Positions 35,575 through 44,757 of a stretch of 64,000 nucleotides of DNA are shown one piece after another (position 1 is the first letter of the stretch; every line of letters starts with the position of its first letter). Made by a program: the position numbers and the translations under genes. The DNA is from an uncultured delta proteobacterium (GTDB taxonomy: Bacteria > Myxococcota_A > Polyangia > Polyangiales > JAFGIB01). Under the pieces are notes generated by a model. The model was not told the DNA's origin, ran no database searches, and saw only the letters and a list, made by a program, of their open reading frames with translations. The DNA lies in contig CAVZVA010000009.1 of NCBI GenBank assembly GCA_963778655.1, positions 522,235-586,234 of the forward strand, given 5' to 3'.

Positions 35575-35831
35575 GAAAACGCGGAGAAAACGCAGCGGGA
35601 TGGGTGTTCCGTTTCGTTCCCTCGGGTTCCGCCTGGCCGGTTCGAGCGGCTTGAGCGGCTGGCGCGCGCTCCCGCTCTTGCGCGTTGGGCGACGTACATC
35701 AAGTGTTACCCGTAGGGCTGAAAGACCTACCCCACGCGACTAGCGGTCCCAATCGACGCAATGATCGATGGCAAGAAGCGACTCAGCGGAAGGAAGTTGG
35801 TGGTCGCCCCAATCCTTCGCGAGGAGGTCTC

Positions 35832-36497
35832 ATGTCCGTGCGCTCGCTTGGTCTGCAGGTTTGGTTTGGCGTCGCGCTCGCAGCATGGCTCGGCGCGGGC
35901 TGCGCCAGCAACAGCAAGTCCGGCACTGACGCCAGCGCGTCTGACACCGGTAGCCCCGGCGGCGCAGGCAGCGGCACGGCTGCCGCCGGCGAGATGGGTC
36001 AGGCAGGCGTCGGCAGCATCGCCGGGCCGAGCGGCACGGCGGGCATGAGCGGTTCGAGCGGCATGAGCGGCACCGCAGGCACGAGCGAGTCGAGCGGTAC
36101 GGGCGGCAGGTTAGGCGCGGGTGGGTCGAGTGGCACCGGCGGCACCTCAGGCGCGGGCGAGTCGAGTGGCACCGGCGGCACCACGAGCGCGAGCGGGTCG
36201 AGTGACACGGGCGGCAGCACAGGCGCGAGCGGGTCGAGCGGCACGGGCGGCAGCACAGGCGCGAGCGGGTCGAGTGGCACCGGCGGCACCGGGGGCGCTC
36301 CAGGCAGCGCTGGCACCGGCACTGGCGGCAGCGATGCCAGCGGGACGGGCAGCGGAGCGCGAGACCCCAACGGTCCGTGCAAAGACCTGGACCTCCTCTG
36401 CTTCGATGTCTTCGACATGTTCATACTCAATCCCGAATGCGCAACCTGCAACGGCGGTATGGGCTGCCAGGACTGCGTGTTGTTTCAAGCGATCTGA
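35832..36497 (+). CDS. lipoprotein with Gly/Ser/Thr-rich tandem repeats and a C-terminal 6-Cys domain
   Basis: GAGGAGG at 35821-35827 precedes ATG 35832. MSVRSLGLQVWFGVALAAWLGAGCAS is a lipobox signal. About 7 degenerate 12-aa repeats (SGTGGSTGASGS) follow. The C-terminus is …PCKDLDLLCFDVFDMFILNPECATCNGGMGCQDCVLFQAI. Confidence 0.75.
   Translation: MSVRSLGLQVWFGVALAAWLGAGCASNSKSGTDASASDTGSPGGAGSGTAAAGEMGQAGVGSIAGPSGTAGMSGSSGMSGTAGTSESSGTGGRLGAGGSSGTGGTSGAGESSGTGGTTSASGSSDTGGSTGASGSSGTGGSTGASGSSGTGGTGGAPGSAGTGTGGSDASGTGSGARDPNGPCKDLDLLCFDVFDMFILNPECATCNGGMGCQDCVLFQAI
36040..36300. repeat. 36-bp in-frame tandem repeats (about 7 degenerate copies; two near-identical at 36189-36260)
   Basis: The unit is gcgagcgggtcgag(t/c)g(a/g)cacgggcggcagcacaggc. 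It encodes the G/S/T-rich linker of the lipoprotein. Confidence 0.8.
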
Positions 36498-36575
36498 TTC
36501 AGGCGTTGGGCTGCCCCGACACCCTCGACGGGGCCCTGCCAATCGCAACCCACCTGCCCAACGAATCCTAAGCGA

Positions 36576-36601
36576 GTGACCAATGGTAACCATTGGTGAC
36601 C
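36576..36601. promoter_or_regulatory. near-perfect 12-bp-arm palindrome, candidate operator or stem-loop
   Basis: GTGACCAATGGT-A-ACCATTGGTGAC has one mismatch. It lies about 80 nt after the lipoprotein stop and about 275 nt upstream of the STAND regulator start. It is AT-richer than its surroundings. Confidence 0.3.
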
Positions 36602-36874
36602 AGCGCGGCACGCGCACGGCGCCCGCGGGCCGCTATGTCGAGCCTTGAAGCGCGACTGTCCACAGCCTGCTAAGGCTTGGAAATGCCTAACCATTCCGAG
36701 CCGCGCCTTGCCCCTCCGATCGCGGCGGGACAAAGTCTGGGCATCGGCGAGGGCGCGGCGACGAGTCACATGCGTTCGCCGCGGCTTCGAGACGGCTTTC
36801 ATTTCGCGATTGCATCGTCCCAGGTTTGCATTTAGACCAGCCCAACGCATCCTGAGCCCCAACGTGGCGCAGGT

Positions 36875-39800
36875 TTGCCGATTCGCGATTTCGTCTACGC
36901 TGCGCCAGTTGCGATGTCGATCGAACCCGAGCTGTCGGTAGCGTCGTTCGCGCCACAGGGGAACGGTCTTGCAGCGGCCGATGCGGAGCTGCAGCAGAGC
37001 CGCCCGAGACAGCGAGCGCTTTGCCTCGGCGACCTCGTGCTCGACGGGGTTCGTTTCGAGCTTCGGCGCGGGCAAGAACGGCTTCCGGTCCAGCCCCGGG
37101 TCTTGCAGCTGCTGCTTCATCTGGTCGAGCACCGTGACCGTCCGGTCCCCGATGAAGAGCTGCTGCGCGTGGTGTGGCCCGACGAGTGCGTGACTCGAGC
37201 TTCGATCAAGCGTGCCGTCCACGGCGCGCGCAAGGCGCTAGGCGATGACGGCGAGTCGCAGCTGAGCATCCGCACGGTGAGGGGCCGAGGTTACCAATTC
37301 GTGCTTCCGGTCTCGGAGTACGAGCCCCAGCTTTCGGAGCCTCCAGACAGTGCGCCATCTCGAGCGGCGACAAGCACCCCGCCGCCCAACGCCGGCGCGC
37401 CGATGCGGGATGCTTTCGTCGGCCGGCGCAGTGCGCTCGCCATGCTCGAGGCGAGCGCGCGCGACGCATTCAACGGCCACTGCCGAATGCTGCTGCTGAT
37501 CGGAGAGCCCGGCATCGGCAAGACACGGACGCTGGTCGAGCTTGGGCATCGAGCGGCAATGGCGGGCGGAGACACGTGGTTCGGTCATTGCATCGAAGAC
37601 GAAGGGGCGCCGGCGTTCTGGCCCTGGACTCAAGTTCTGCGCGACTGTGAACGCGATCGCGGTTCGCGGGACCTGATCGCGTTGATGGGCAAGAGTGTCG
37701 CGGACATTGCGGAAGGCATCCCGGAGCTCCGCGAATGGCTGCCGGACCTGCCGCTTGCACCTTCGATCGGCGAACAATCGGCGCGCTTTCGCTTCTTCGA
37801 TGGCGTCGTCGCCTTCCTCAAGCGCGCCGCCGAGCAGCGTCCGATTGCGCTGCTGTTCGACGACCTCCAGCGCGCGGATCAACCGACTCTGCGCTTGCTC
37901 TCATTCGTCGCTCGGAACCTGGACAATTCGCGCGTGCTGATTGCGTGCTCCATGAGACCAATCGCGTCCCAGCCCGTCGCCGTCCGTGAGTCGATCACGA
38001 CCTTCATTCAACAGGTCCCCGCCACATACGTCGAGCTCCAGGGTCTGAGCCGGCAGGATGTCGATGAGTTCCTCGAGCTGCGGGTGGGTCAGCGTGGTCC
38101 GGAAGCGGTCGTGGACCAACTGCACCAGCTCACCGGCGGCAGCCCGTTGTTCTTGCAGCAGATCGCATACGGCTGGCAGACGAGCGGACGGCTCGATGGC
38201 GCCATCGACTGGGGACAGCTGCCTTCGACCACGTACGGCCAAGGTCTGGCCGGCAGCATCGCGCAGCGCATCGGCGTGATCGCGCCGCCGACGCTTGAGG
38301 TATTGCGCGTCGCGGCCGTGCTGGGCTCCGAGTTCAGTGTAGCTCGACTCGCACGGCTGCTTGGGACCGGTGCCGCTGTGGTGTTGCCAGAGCTCGGCGC
38401 TGCCAAGGCTGCGGGTGTCGTCCGTGAGGTCCCGAACGCGATCGGAACGTTTTGCTTCGCGCACGGGTTGATCCGCAATGCATTGTACGAGCAGCTTGGT
38501 GTCGACGCGCGCGCCGCTCTCCATGGAAAGGCCGGCACCCTGCTCGAGGCTGAGGCGCCTTCCGCGGACGCCGGCGTGCCGGAGCTGGCGCACCACTTCG
38601 CGCAAGCCTGGCCAGCGCACGACGCGGGTAAGGCGCTGCCCTACGCGCTGCGGGCAGCGGAAGCGGCGACGAGGCGTTTGGCGTACGAGGAAGCAGTCGG
38701 CCACCTGGATCGCGCATTGCACATCCACGCGAACGGCGCGGGTGATCCGGAACGGCGCATGCGCCTGCTGCTAAGCAAGGGCGAGGCGTTGAGTCACGCT
38801 GCGGAAGTTGCGCGAGCACGTGCCGCGTTGTTCGACGCGGTCGCGCTAGCCCGGCAGCTGCGCGCCACCGACGTAATTGCGCGCGCGGCCAAGCTGATGG
38901 CGGTGGTACCCGAGTCCGGAAGCGTGGATTGGGAGCAAATCGGCCTGTTGCGCGAGGCGTTGGGTGCGATAGCGGCCGACGATCCCGAGCGCCCGTATCT
39001 GCTGGCACTGCTCGCGAAATGCAGCACTTACTCGACAGATTCCGCTGCGCGCGAGGCGCTTGCGCTGACGGCGCTGGAACGTTCCAAACAGATCACGGAT
39101 CTGCGACTGCGAGCCGAGACGTTGCAACAGTGTCACCGCGCGCTTGCCGAGCCAAAACATCTTGCCCAGCGCGAGGTCATCGGCGAAGAGCTCGTGTGCC
39201 TGGGCCACAAGAGCGGCGATCACATGGCGCTTTGGCATGCCGCCACGGCGCAAGTCCAGAACTGCCTGGAGCGCGGTGACTTCACCGGCGTCGATCGCGC
39301 CATTTCGGTGATCGAGAGTCTCGCCACGCAGATGCGCGAGCCGATGTTTCGCTGGTACCTCGCGGTCTTTCGCGCCATGCGGCACTACGTCGCAGGCCAG
39401 TTTTCGGAAGCCCAAGACCTGGCGCTCAAGGCGTTGGACATGGGCGCCTGCGTCGGCGAAGCGACCGCGCGTCACGTCTACTGCATGCAGGTCACTGGCT
39501 GGTTGCGTGTCTTGGGCCGTACGTCGGAGTGTGAGGTGCTCGTGCGCGAGATGACGCTGCGCTATCCGGCGTTGAGCGGATGGCGTTTGATGCAGGTCGG
39601 GCTCGAGGCCGATCGCGGGCGCAACGAGCCTGCCCGCCGGTTTCTCGCCCAGATCTACGACGATCCTTCGTTGATGCACGAGCCCTTCACGATGTCGCTG
39701 CTGTGCTTTCTGGCGGAGTTGGGCAGCTACTTCGGCAGCCCCGAGATGACTCGCTGGCTGTACGAGCTCATGCTTCCCTACGCCGAGCTGTGGGGAAATT

Positions 39801-40144
39801 GCGGATTCGGTCTCAACACCTATGGTCCGATCGGACGCCAGCTTGGCGCGCTCGCGATCCGTATCGGTGATCTCGATGCGGCAGACAGCCACCTCGAAGC
39901 AGCACTATCGAGCTGCGAGGCCGCGAGGTCGTCCACCTTCACTAGCTTGACCTGCCTCGTCTATGCGCGGGCCCTGATCAAGCGGCAGACACCGGCGGCA
40001 CGGCGATGCGCGCAGGAGATGCTGGTCCGATCCGAGGAGCTGAATCGCCCGCAAGGTTGGAACGGCAACTCGACCCACGCGCGCTTCATCGCATGGCGCG
40101 CCGGCCTTACGCTGCCCGACATGGGCCATGGGAAGGCTCAGTAG
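36875..40144 (+). CDS. STAND-type transcriptional regulator: OmpR/PhoB winged-helix DNA-binding domain, P-loop NTPase, TPR-like repeats
   Basis: The wHTH is …LCLGDLVLDGVRFELRRGQERLPVQPRVLQLLLHLVEHRDRPVPDEELLRVVWPD…IRTVRGRGYQF. The Walker A motif is LLLIGEPGIGKTR and Walker B is ALLFDDLQRAD. The roughly 650-aa C-terminus is helical repeats. ATG 36914 (MSIEPE…) is an alternative start. Confidence 0.85.
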   Translation: MPIRDFVYAAPVAMSIEPELSVASFAPQGNGLAAADAELQQSRPRQRALCLGDLVLDGVRFELRRGQERLPVQPRVLQLLLHLVEHRDRPVPDEELLRVVWPDECVTRASIKRAVHGARKALGDDGESQLSIRTVRGRGYQFVLPVSEYEPQLSEPPDSAPSRAATSTPPPNAGAPMRDAFVGRRSALAMLEASARDAFNGHCRMLLLIGEPGIGKTRTLVELGHRAAMAGGDTWFGHCIEDEGAPAFWPWTQVLRDCERDRGSRDLIALMGKSVADIAEGIPELREWLPDLPLAPSIGEQSARFRFFDGVVAFLKRAAEQRPIALLFDDLQRADQPTLRLLSFVARNLDNSRVLIACSMRPIASQPVAVRESITTFIQQVPATYVELQGLSRQDVDEFLELRVGQRGPEAVVDQLHQLTGGSPLFLQQIAYGWQTSGRLDGAIDWGQLPSTTYGQGLAGSIAQRIGVIAPPTLEVLRVAAVLGSEFSVARLARLLGTGAAVVLPELGAAKAAGVVREVPNAIGTFCFAHGLIRNALYEQLGVDARAALHGKAGTLLEAEAPSADAGVPELAHHFAQAWPAHDAGKALPYALRAAEAATRRLAYEEAVGHLDRALHIHANGAGDPERRMRLLLSKGEALSHAAEVARARAALFDAVALARQLRATDVIARAAKLMAVVPESGSVDWEQIGLLREALGAIAADDPERPYLLALLAKCSTYSTDSAAREALALTALERSKQITDLRLRAETLQQCHRALAEPKHLAQREVIGEELVCLGHKSGDHMALWHAATAQVQNCLERGDFTGVDRAISVIESLATQMREPMFRWYLAVFRAMRHYVAGQFSEAQDLALKALDMGACVGEATARHVYCMQVTGWLRVLGRTSECEVLVREMTLRYPALSGWRLMQVGLEADRGRNEPARRFLAQIYDDPSLMHEPFTMSLLCFLAELGSYFGSPEMTRWLYELMLPYAELWGNCGFGLNTYGPIGRQLGALAIRIGDLDAADSHLEAALSSCEAARSSTFTSLTCLVYARALIKRQTPAARRCAQEMLVRSEELNRPQGWNGNSTHARFIAWRAGLTLPDMGHGKAQ

Positions 40145-40255
40145 TCGGTGAAGGCTCATCCAAGCGAGATCACCGCAGGGGAACGGCGGCAGTCAGGCCC
40201 ACCGATCGTGCGGGCGTGACTTGAGGGCAGCTGACGCGTCTGCTACGCCGCGAGG

Positions 40256-41080
40256 ATGCTTCCCGAGGAATTCGCCGTTGCCGGTAAGGTCATGCTGGTC
40301 ACTGGGGCGGGCCGAGGAATCGGCAGCGGGATCGCCGAGGTGTTGGCCGAGGCGGGCGCGATCGTGGCGCTCAACGCCCTGACCCCGACGTTTGCCGAGG
40401 CGACCGCGAAGGGCATCCGCGACCGGCCGGCGCAGCGCGCAGACGGCCGCCACGCGACCGCGGCGGGCGCGGTCGAGGTATTCACCGGCGATGTCACCCA
40501 AACCGCAGGTGCCGAGGCCCTGGTGCAGCGGGTGCTGGAGCGCTTTGGGCGGATCGACGTGCTGGTCAACAACCTGGGCGACGCGATTACGAAGCCGCTG
40601 GTGGCCCTGCCGGAGACCCGCACCCAAACCATCGACGACGAGGGTCTGCAACGCATCCTCGATCTCAACCTCATGGCGACTCTGCGCTGCACGCGCGCGG
40701 TGGGGCCGCACTTTCTCGCTCGCCGCTCGGGCAAGGTGATCAACATCGCCTCGTACACGGTGGCGCGCGGCGCCCCACGCGTGGTGCTGTATACGGCCGC
40801 CAAGGCCGCCGTCGTGGGGTTCACCCGCGCCCAGGCGCTCGAGTGGGCCCGCTACAACGTTCAGGTCAACGCCATCGCGCCGGGGCTCTACCCCGAGCCG
40901 CGCACCCTGGGCGAGCAGGCGGCCGAGGCGGCCGAGCAGTACGCGGCTCGCAGCGTGCCGCTCGGCAGGGGCGGGCGCCTGCGCGAGGTGGGTCTGCTGG
41001 CCCTGTACCTGGCGTCGGCCGCCTCCGACTACATGACCGGCCAGACGCTGTACCTCGACGGCGGGGCCTCGATCGCCTGA
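40256..41080 (+). CDS. SDR-family oxidoreductase
   Basis: The cofactor motif is VTGAGRGIGSGIA. NNLG is present. The catalytic Y-x-x-x-K is LYTAAKAAVVGFT. The C-terminus …GQTLYLDGG is typical. Confidence 0.9.
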   Translation: MLPEEFAVAGKVMLVTGAGRGIGSGIAEVLAEAGAIVALNALTPTFAEATAKGIRDRPAQRADGRHATAAGAVEVFTGDVTQTAGAEALVQRVLERFGRIDVLVNNLGDAITKPLVALPETRTQTIDDEGLQRILDLNLMATLRCTRAVGPHFLARRSGKVINIASYTVARGAPRVVLYTAAKAAVVGFTRAQALEWARYNVQVNAIAPGLYPEPRTLGEQAAEAAEQYAARSVPLGRGGRLREVGLLALYLASAASDYMTGQTLYLDGGASIA

Positions 41081-41109
41081 CGAACCGGCGGGCCCCGGTG
41101 GACGAGAGC

Positions 41110-42324
41110 CTACTCTTCGAGGACGTCACGGCCGGGCTCGAGCGTGATGCGCTCGATGAACCCCGTGAGCGGAACCACCCCGTCCGGGCCTGGAATAGGG
41201 CGCCCCGGCGTGCCCATGCCTTCGGCTACGTAGAGGACGGTGTGCCTGTGCTCCCCGAAGCCCAAGTGGCCCAACGCCAGGTTGGTCGGCGCATCCAGTC
41301 CGGTTGCGATCAGCGTGACCCGCCGGTGCATGCGATCGACGCGCAGCAGTCTGCCGGAAAAGCGTCTGAACCCGCCGTGGCTCGGCCCCGCCAGCAGCGC
41401 CGCGCGCGCCGGTACCGAATCGACGGAGGCGTCGCAGAGCTCGAGCACGTAGATCGAGGCTTCGCTGGTGATCACAAAGCCGGTCGGAGCGGTCAGCCCC
41501 CGCACCGTCCACGAGAAGCGCTTGGCGGCAGGGTCCACGCTGATGATGCCGCCTGCACGCGGGATGAGCGCCATCCCACGGCCGCTCTTTTCGCCTTGCG
41601 GCGATCCGCTGAACAGGCTGACGAGCATCTGCCCATTGAGCACGTCGTACTGGATGTAGCCGGGCAGGGGATCGAGTCCACCCGGCAGGGGCGGAATCTC
41701 AAGCACCCGTTCGGCGTCCCCGCCGGGTCGCAAGCGCACGACCTCGTCGGTGTTGGTCGCGACTGCGAACCACTGCCGCGAATGCGGCTCGTAGGCGAGG
41801 TCGTTGATGTCACCGCTTGTCTTTCCCCATACGCTGGCCGCGTCGCCCTCGACTCGAAACAAGGTCGATGGCCCATCAAAGAAGGCGAGCGCGGCCAGCA
41901 CGGTGTCACCACCGCGCGCTATGCCCGCCATTCCGAACACCTCGTCGCGGTGCACGACTTCGAGCATGTTCTTGGAAGGCTGCTGATCGAGCAGCACTTT
42001 GCGTTCGCCCTCGTCGAGAAAGTCGCCATCACCATCGCGATCGGTCAGGTGCGAGAGCGTGCCCGAGAGCGGGGCGTCGGGCGCGCCGCTGCCAGCTTCG
42101 GACACCAGCAGCGATCCATCCGACAAGACCAACATTCCGCGCGGATTGCTCAGTCCGCGCGCGACGACCGTCCGTTGGAGCAGGGCCAGCGGGAACTCTC
42201 TGGGAATCTGGAGGGAAGCCGTGGTGTCGAACGGCGGTATGGCGTTCGCAGCCTGCGGCTGCGGCGCAGCGGCGCTCGCACAGCCGGCAAGCGCGACGAG
42301 CATGACTGAGAGCAAACGAAGCAC
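41110..42324 (-). CDS. hypothetical lipoprotein, beta-propeller-like
   Basis: GTG 42324 gives VLRLLSVMLVALAGCAS, and ATG 42303 is an alternative start. The body shows repeated strand-rich segments (…RGMLVLSDGSLLVSEAG…, …WFAVATNTDEVVRL…, …ASIYVLE…, …HTVLYVAEG…). The 678-aa ORF N-terminal part overlaps the enoyl-CoA hydratase gene and is rejected. Confidence 0.6.
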   Translation of the reverse strand: MLRLLSVMLVALAGCASAAAPQPQAANAIPPFDTTASLQIPREFPLALLQRTVVARGLSNPRGMLVLSDGSLLVSEAGSGAPDAPLSGTLSHLTDRDGDGDFLDEGERKVLLDQQPSKNMLEVVHRDEVFGMAGIARGGDTVLAALAFFDGPSTLFRVEGDAASVWGKTSGDINDLAYEPHSRQWFAVATNTDEVVRLRPGGDAERVLEIPPLPGGLDPLPGYIQYDVLNGQMLVSLFSGSPQGEKSGRGMALIPRAGGIISVDPAAKRFSWTVRGLTAPTGFVITSEASIYVLELCDASVDSVPARAALLAGPSHGGFRRFSGRLLRVDRMHRRVTLIATGLDAPTNLALGHLGFGEHRHTVLYVAEGMGTPGRPIPGPDGVVPLTGFIERITLEPGRDVLEE

Positions 42325-42449
42325 GACGCCTCGACGCGAGGAAGTGGGTGCACGGTAGTCGCGCGGCCAGGGTGCGGTCAAGCGCGCGAGCGCGTGAAGT
42401 CGAGCCCGCCTTCCCCCGCGGCGTACTGGTCGGCGAGCGGGCCTACGAA

Positions 42450-43295
42450 TCAGCGACCTTTGAAGTCGGCGGCGCGTTTCTGCATGAAGGACAGCATGCC
42501 CTCGCGCGCGTCCTCGGTGCGCATCAGGGTCAGGAACTGCGAGTACACGTGATCGACGTGATCGCCGAAGGTCTGCTCGAGGCCGGCCCGCATCAATCGC
42601 TTGGCCGACTGCACCGCGAGCGGGGCGTTTTGGGCGATCTCGGTCGCCAAGGCGCGCGCCCGTGGCATCAGCTCGGCGTCTGGGACGACGTACGAGGTGA
42701 GGCCGAGCGCCAGGCACTCTTGGGCAGACAGCGTGCGCCCGCTGAAGATGATCTCGGCCGCCTTCGACCAACCGACGAGGCGTGGCAAATACCACGTGCC
42801 GCCCGACTCGGGCACGATGCCGCGTTTGACGAACGCCGGCGCGAGCTTGGCGCTCTCGGTCATGATGCGAATGTCGCAGCCGAGCGCAGTATCCATGCCG
42901 TAACCGGCCGCGCCGCCGTTGATCGCGCAGATCGTCGGCTTGTCCATTTCGAAGAGCACCTTGGGCGGCGCGTTCTTGGGCAGCGCCACGTTGACCGGCG
43001 CGCTCGTGCCGCCAGAGCCTATCTGGGCGCTGTTCGGCGTTGCGCTCGTGGCCCCCGCGAGGTCGAGCCCGGCGCAGAAGGCACGGCCTGTGGCGGTCAG
43101 GATCACGACGCGCACCTCGGGATCCGCGTCCGCGCGCAGGAGGCACGTCGAGAGCTCCGCGAGCATTGGCCGTGAGATCGTGTTCATGCGCTGCGGGCGG
43201 TTGAGTGTGATGCTGGCGATGCCGAGGTCCACTGCGTACAGAACATGCGGCGACTCCGTGCCCGCCGCCTCTCGGCCCATTCGTGCTTCGGTCAT
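42450..43295 (-). CDS. enoyl-CoA hydratase/isomerase (crotonase) family protein
   Basis: The crotonase oxyanion-hole context is present: …ITLNRPQRMNTIS…VRVVILTATGRAFCAGLDL…, …ICAINGGAAGYGMDTALGCDIRI…. Confidence 0.9.
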   Translation of the reverse strand: MTEARMGREAAGTESPHVLYAVDLGIASITLNRPQRMNTISRPMLAELSTCLLRADADPEVRVVILTATGRAFCAGLDLAGATSATPNSAQIGSGGTSAPVNVALPKNAPPKVLFEMDKPTICAINGGAAGYGMDTALGCDIRIMTESAKLAPAFVKRGIVPESGGTWYLPRLVGWSKAAEIIFSGRTLSAQECLALGLTSYVVPDAELMPRARALATEIAQNAPLAVQSAKRLMRAGLEQTFGDHVDHVYSQFLTLMRTEDAREGMLSFMQKRAADFKGR

Positions 43296-43317
43296 AATGG
43301 TCGCTCCGTGTGTGGCG

Positions 43318-44757
43318 TCAGGCGTGGTAGATGCTCGTACCCTTGGGCAGGCGCCGGGCGACGCCGCTCGCGCGTGCGGCGCGCGCGACCTCGGTCGCGA
43401 CCTGCTTGGCGACGCGGCGGTTGAACACGCTCGGCACGATGTAATCGGCAGCGAGCTCGTGGTCGTCGACCAGCGAGGCGATCGCCTCTGCCGCAGCGCG
43501 CATCATCTCGGGGTTGATGGTGCGTGCGCGCGCGTCGAGCGCGCCGCGGAAGATGCCGGGGAATGCCAGCACGTTGTTGATCTGGTTCGGGTAGTCGCTA
43601 CGGCCAGTAGCGAGCACCGCCGCGATCTTGATCGCCGCTTCGGGCGCCACCTCCGGAATCGGGTTGGCGAGCGCAAAGATCAGCGGCTGCTTGCCCATCT
43701 TCTTCAGGTCCGCGCCGGTCAGTAGGTTGGGAGCCGAGACGCCGAGAAACATGTCGGCGCCCTTGAGCACGCGCTTGAGCGGTCCGCGCTCGCGCTCCTT
43801 GTTGGTATGCTCTGCCAGCCAACGCTTGCTGGCGTTGTCGCCGAGATCGCGGCCCGCGTGGATTGCGCCCTCGCGGTCACACGCCACGATGTGTCTGACG
43901 CCGTAGTCGAGCAACATCTTCGCGCACGCCGTCCCCGCCGCGCCTGCGCCGGCGATCACCAGCTTGACGTCCTTCGGCTTCTTGCCGGTCAGGCGCAGCG
44001 AGTTGATGAAGCCGGCCAGCACTACCACCGCCGTGCCGTGCTGGTCGTCGTGGAACACCGGAATGTCGAGCGTCGCCTGCAACCGCTGCTCGACCTCGAA
44101 GCAGCGGGGCGCCGAAATGTCTTCCAGGTTGATTCCGCCGAAGCTGGGTGCGACGCGCTGCACGATGCTGATGATCTCTTCCGGATCCTGGGTGTCGAGG
44201 CACAGGGGAAACGCGTCCACGCCGCCGAATTCCTTGAACAGGACGGCCTTGCCTTCCATCACCGGCATGGCAGCGAGAGGCCCCAGGTTGCCGAGCCCGA
44301 GCACCGCGCTGCCGTCCGAGACTACCGCGATGCAGTTGTGGCGAATGGTCAGATTGTGCGCGATGCGCGGATCCTTGGCGATCGCCCGGCACACGCGCGC
44401 CACCCCGGGCGTGTATGCCATCGACAGATCGGCGCGCGTCTTGAGCGGGACGCGCGAGCGGATCTCGAGCTTGCCGCCGAGGTGCAGGCGAAACGTCTCG
44501 TCAGAGACCGATTGCACGGTCACACCGCGCGTGCGCTTCATCGCCGCGACGATCTGCTCGGCGTGCTCGGGCGAGCTGCACTCGACCGTGTAGTCGCGCA
44601 CGCTCAGCCCGCGATGGATGTGTACCAGGTCGATCGCCTGGATCACGCCGCCGTTGCGGGCGATCAGGCTGCTCAGCTTCGCGATCCAGCCGCTCTTGTG
44701 GGGGTACTCGACACGCATCGTGACGGAGTACTGCGCGCTCGGGATGGGCTTTGTCAT
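43318..44757 (-). CDS. NAD(P)-dependent malic enzyme with N-terminal ACT domain
   Basis: An ACT-like N-terminus (…VTMRVEYPHKSGWIAKLSSLIARNGGVIQAIDL…) is followed by malic enzyme motifs. These are DLSMAYTPGVARVC, VVSDGSAVLGLGNLG, FGGINLEDISAPRCFE, VFHDDQHGTAVV and IAGAGAAGTA. Confidence 0.9.
   Translation of the reverse strand: MTKPIPSAQYSVTMRVEYPHKSGWIAKLSSLIARNGGVIQAIDLVHIHRGLSVRDYTVECSSPEHAEQIVAAMKRTRGVTVQSVSDETFRLHLGGKLEIRSRVPLKTRADLSMAYTPGVARVCRAIAKDPRIAHNLTIRHNCIAVVSDGSAVLGLGNLGPLAAMPVMEGKAVLFKEFGGVDAFPLCLDTQDPEEIISIVQRVAPSFGGINLEDISAPRCFEVEQRLQATLDIPVFHDDQHGTAVVVLAGFINSLRLTGKKPKDVKLVIAGAGAAGTACAKMLLDYGVRHIVACDREGAIHAGRDLGDNASKRWLAEHTNKERERGPLKRVLKGADMFLGVSAPNLLTGADLKKMGKQPLIFALANPIPEVAPEAAIKIAAVLATGRSDYPNQINNVLAFPGIFRGALDARARTINPEMMRAAAEAIASLVDDHELAADYIVPSVFNRRVAKQVATEVARAARASGVARRLPKGTSIYHA

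Noticed and set aside
35493-35810. A full-length tmRNA (ssrA) call for the 318-nt segment from GGGGCGA (35810) to CCA (35493).
   Set aside because: The acceptor pairing is only 5 of 7. The T-loop would be 8 nt. No UUCGAC-GGG D-loop analogue follows the 5' end. No tag reading frame terminates with a stop. It is kept only as a tRNA-like 3' element and an open finding.
40843-42309. A 488-aa plus-strand ORF overlapping the end of the SDR gene and the propeller lipoprotein gene.
   Set aside because: It is antisense to a gene with a good lipoprotein signal and strand-rich repeats, and its own sequence is Arg/Gly/Ala-rich with no motifs.
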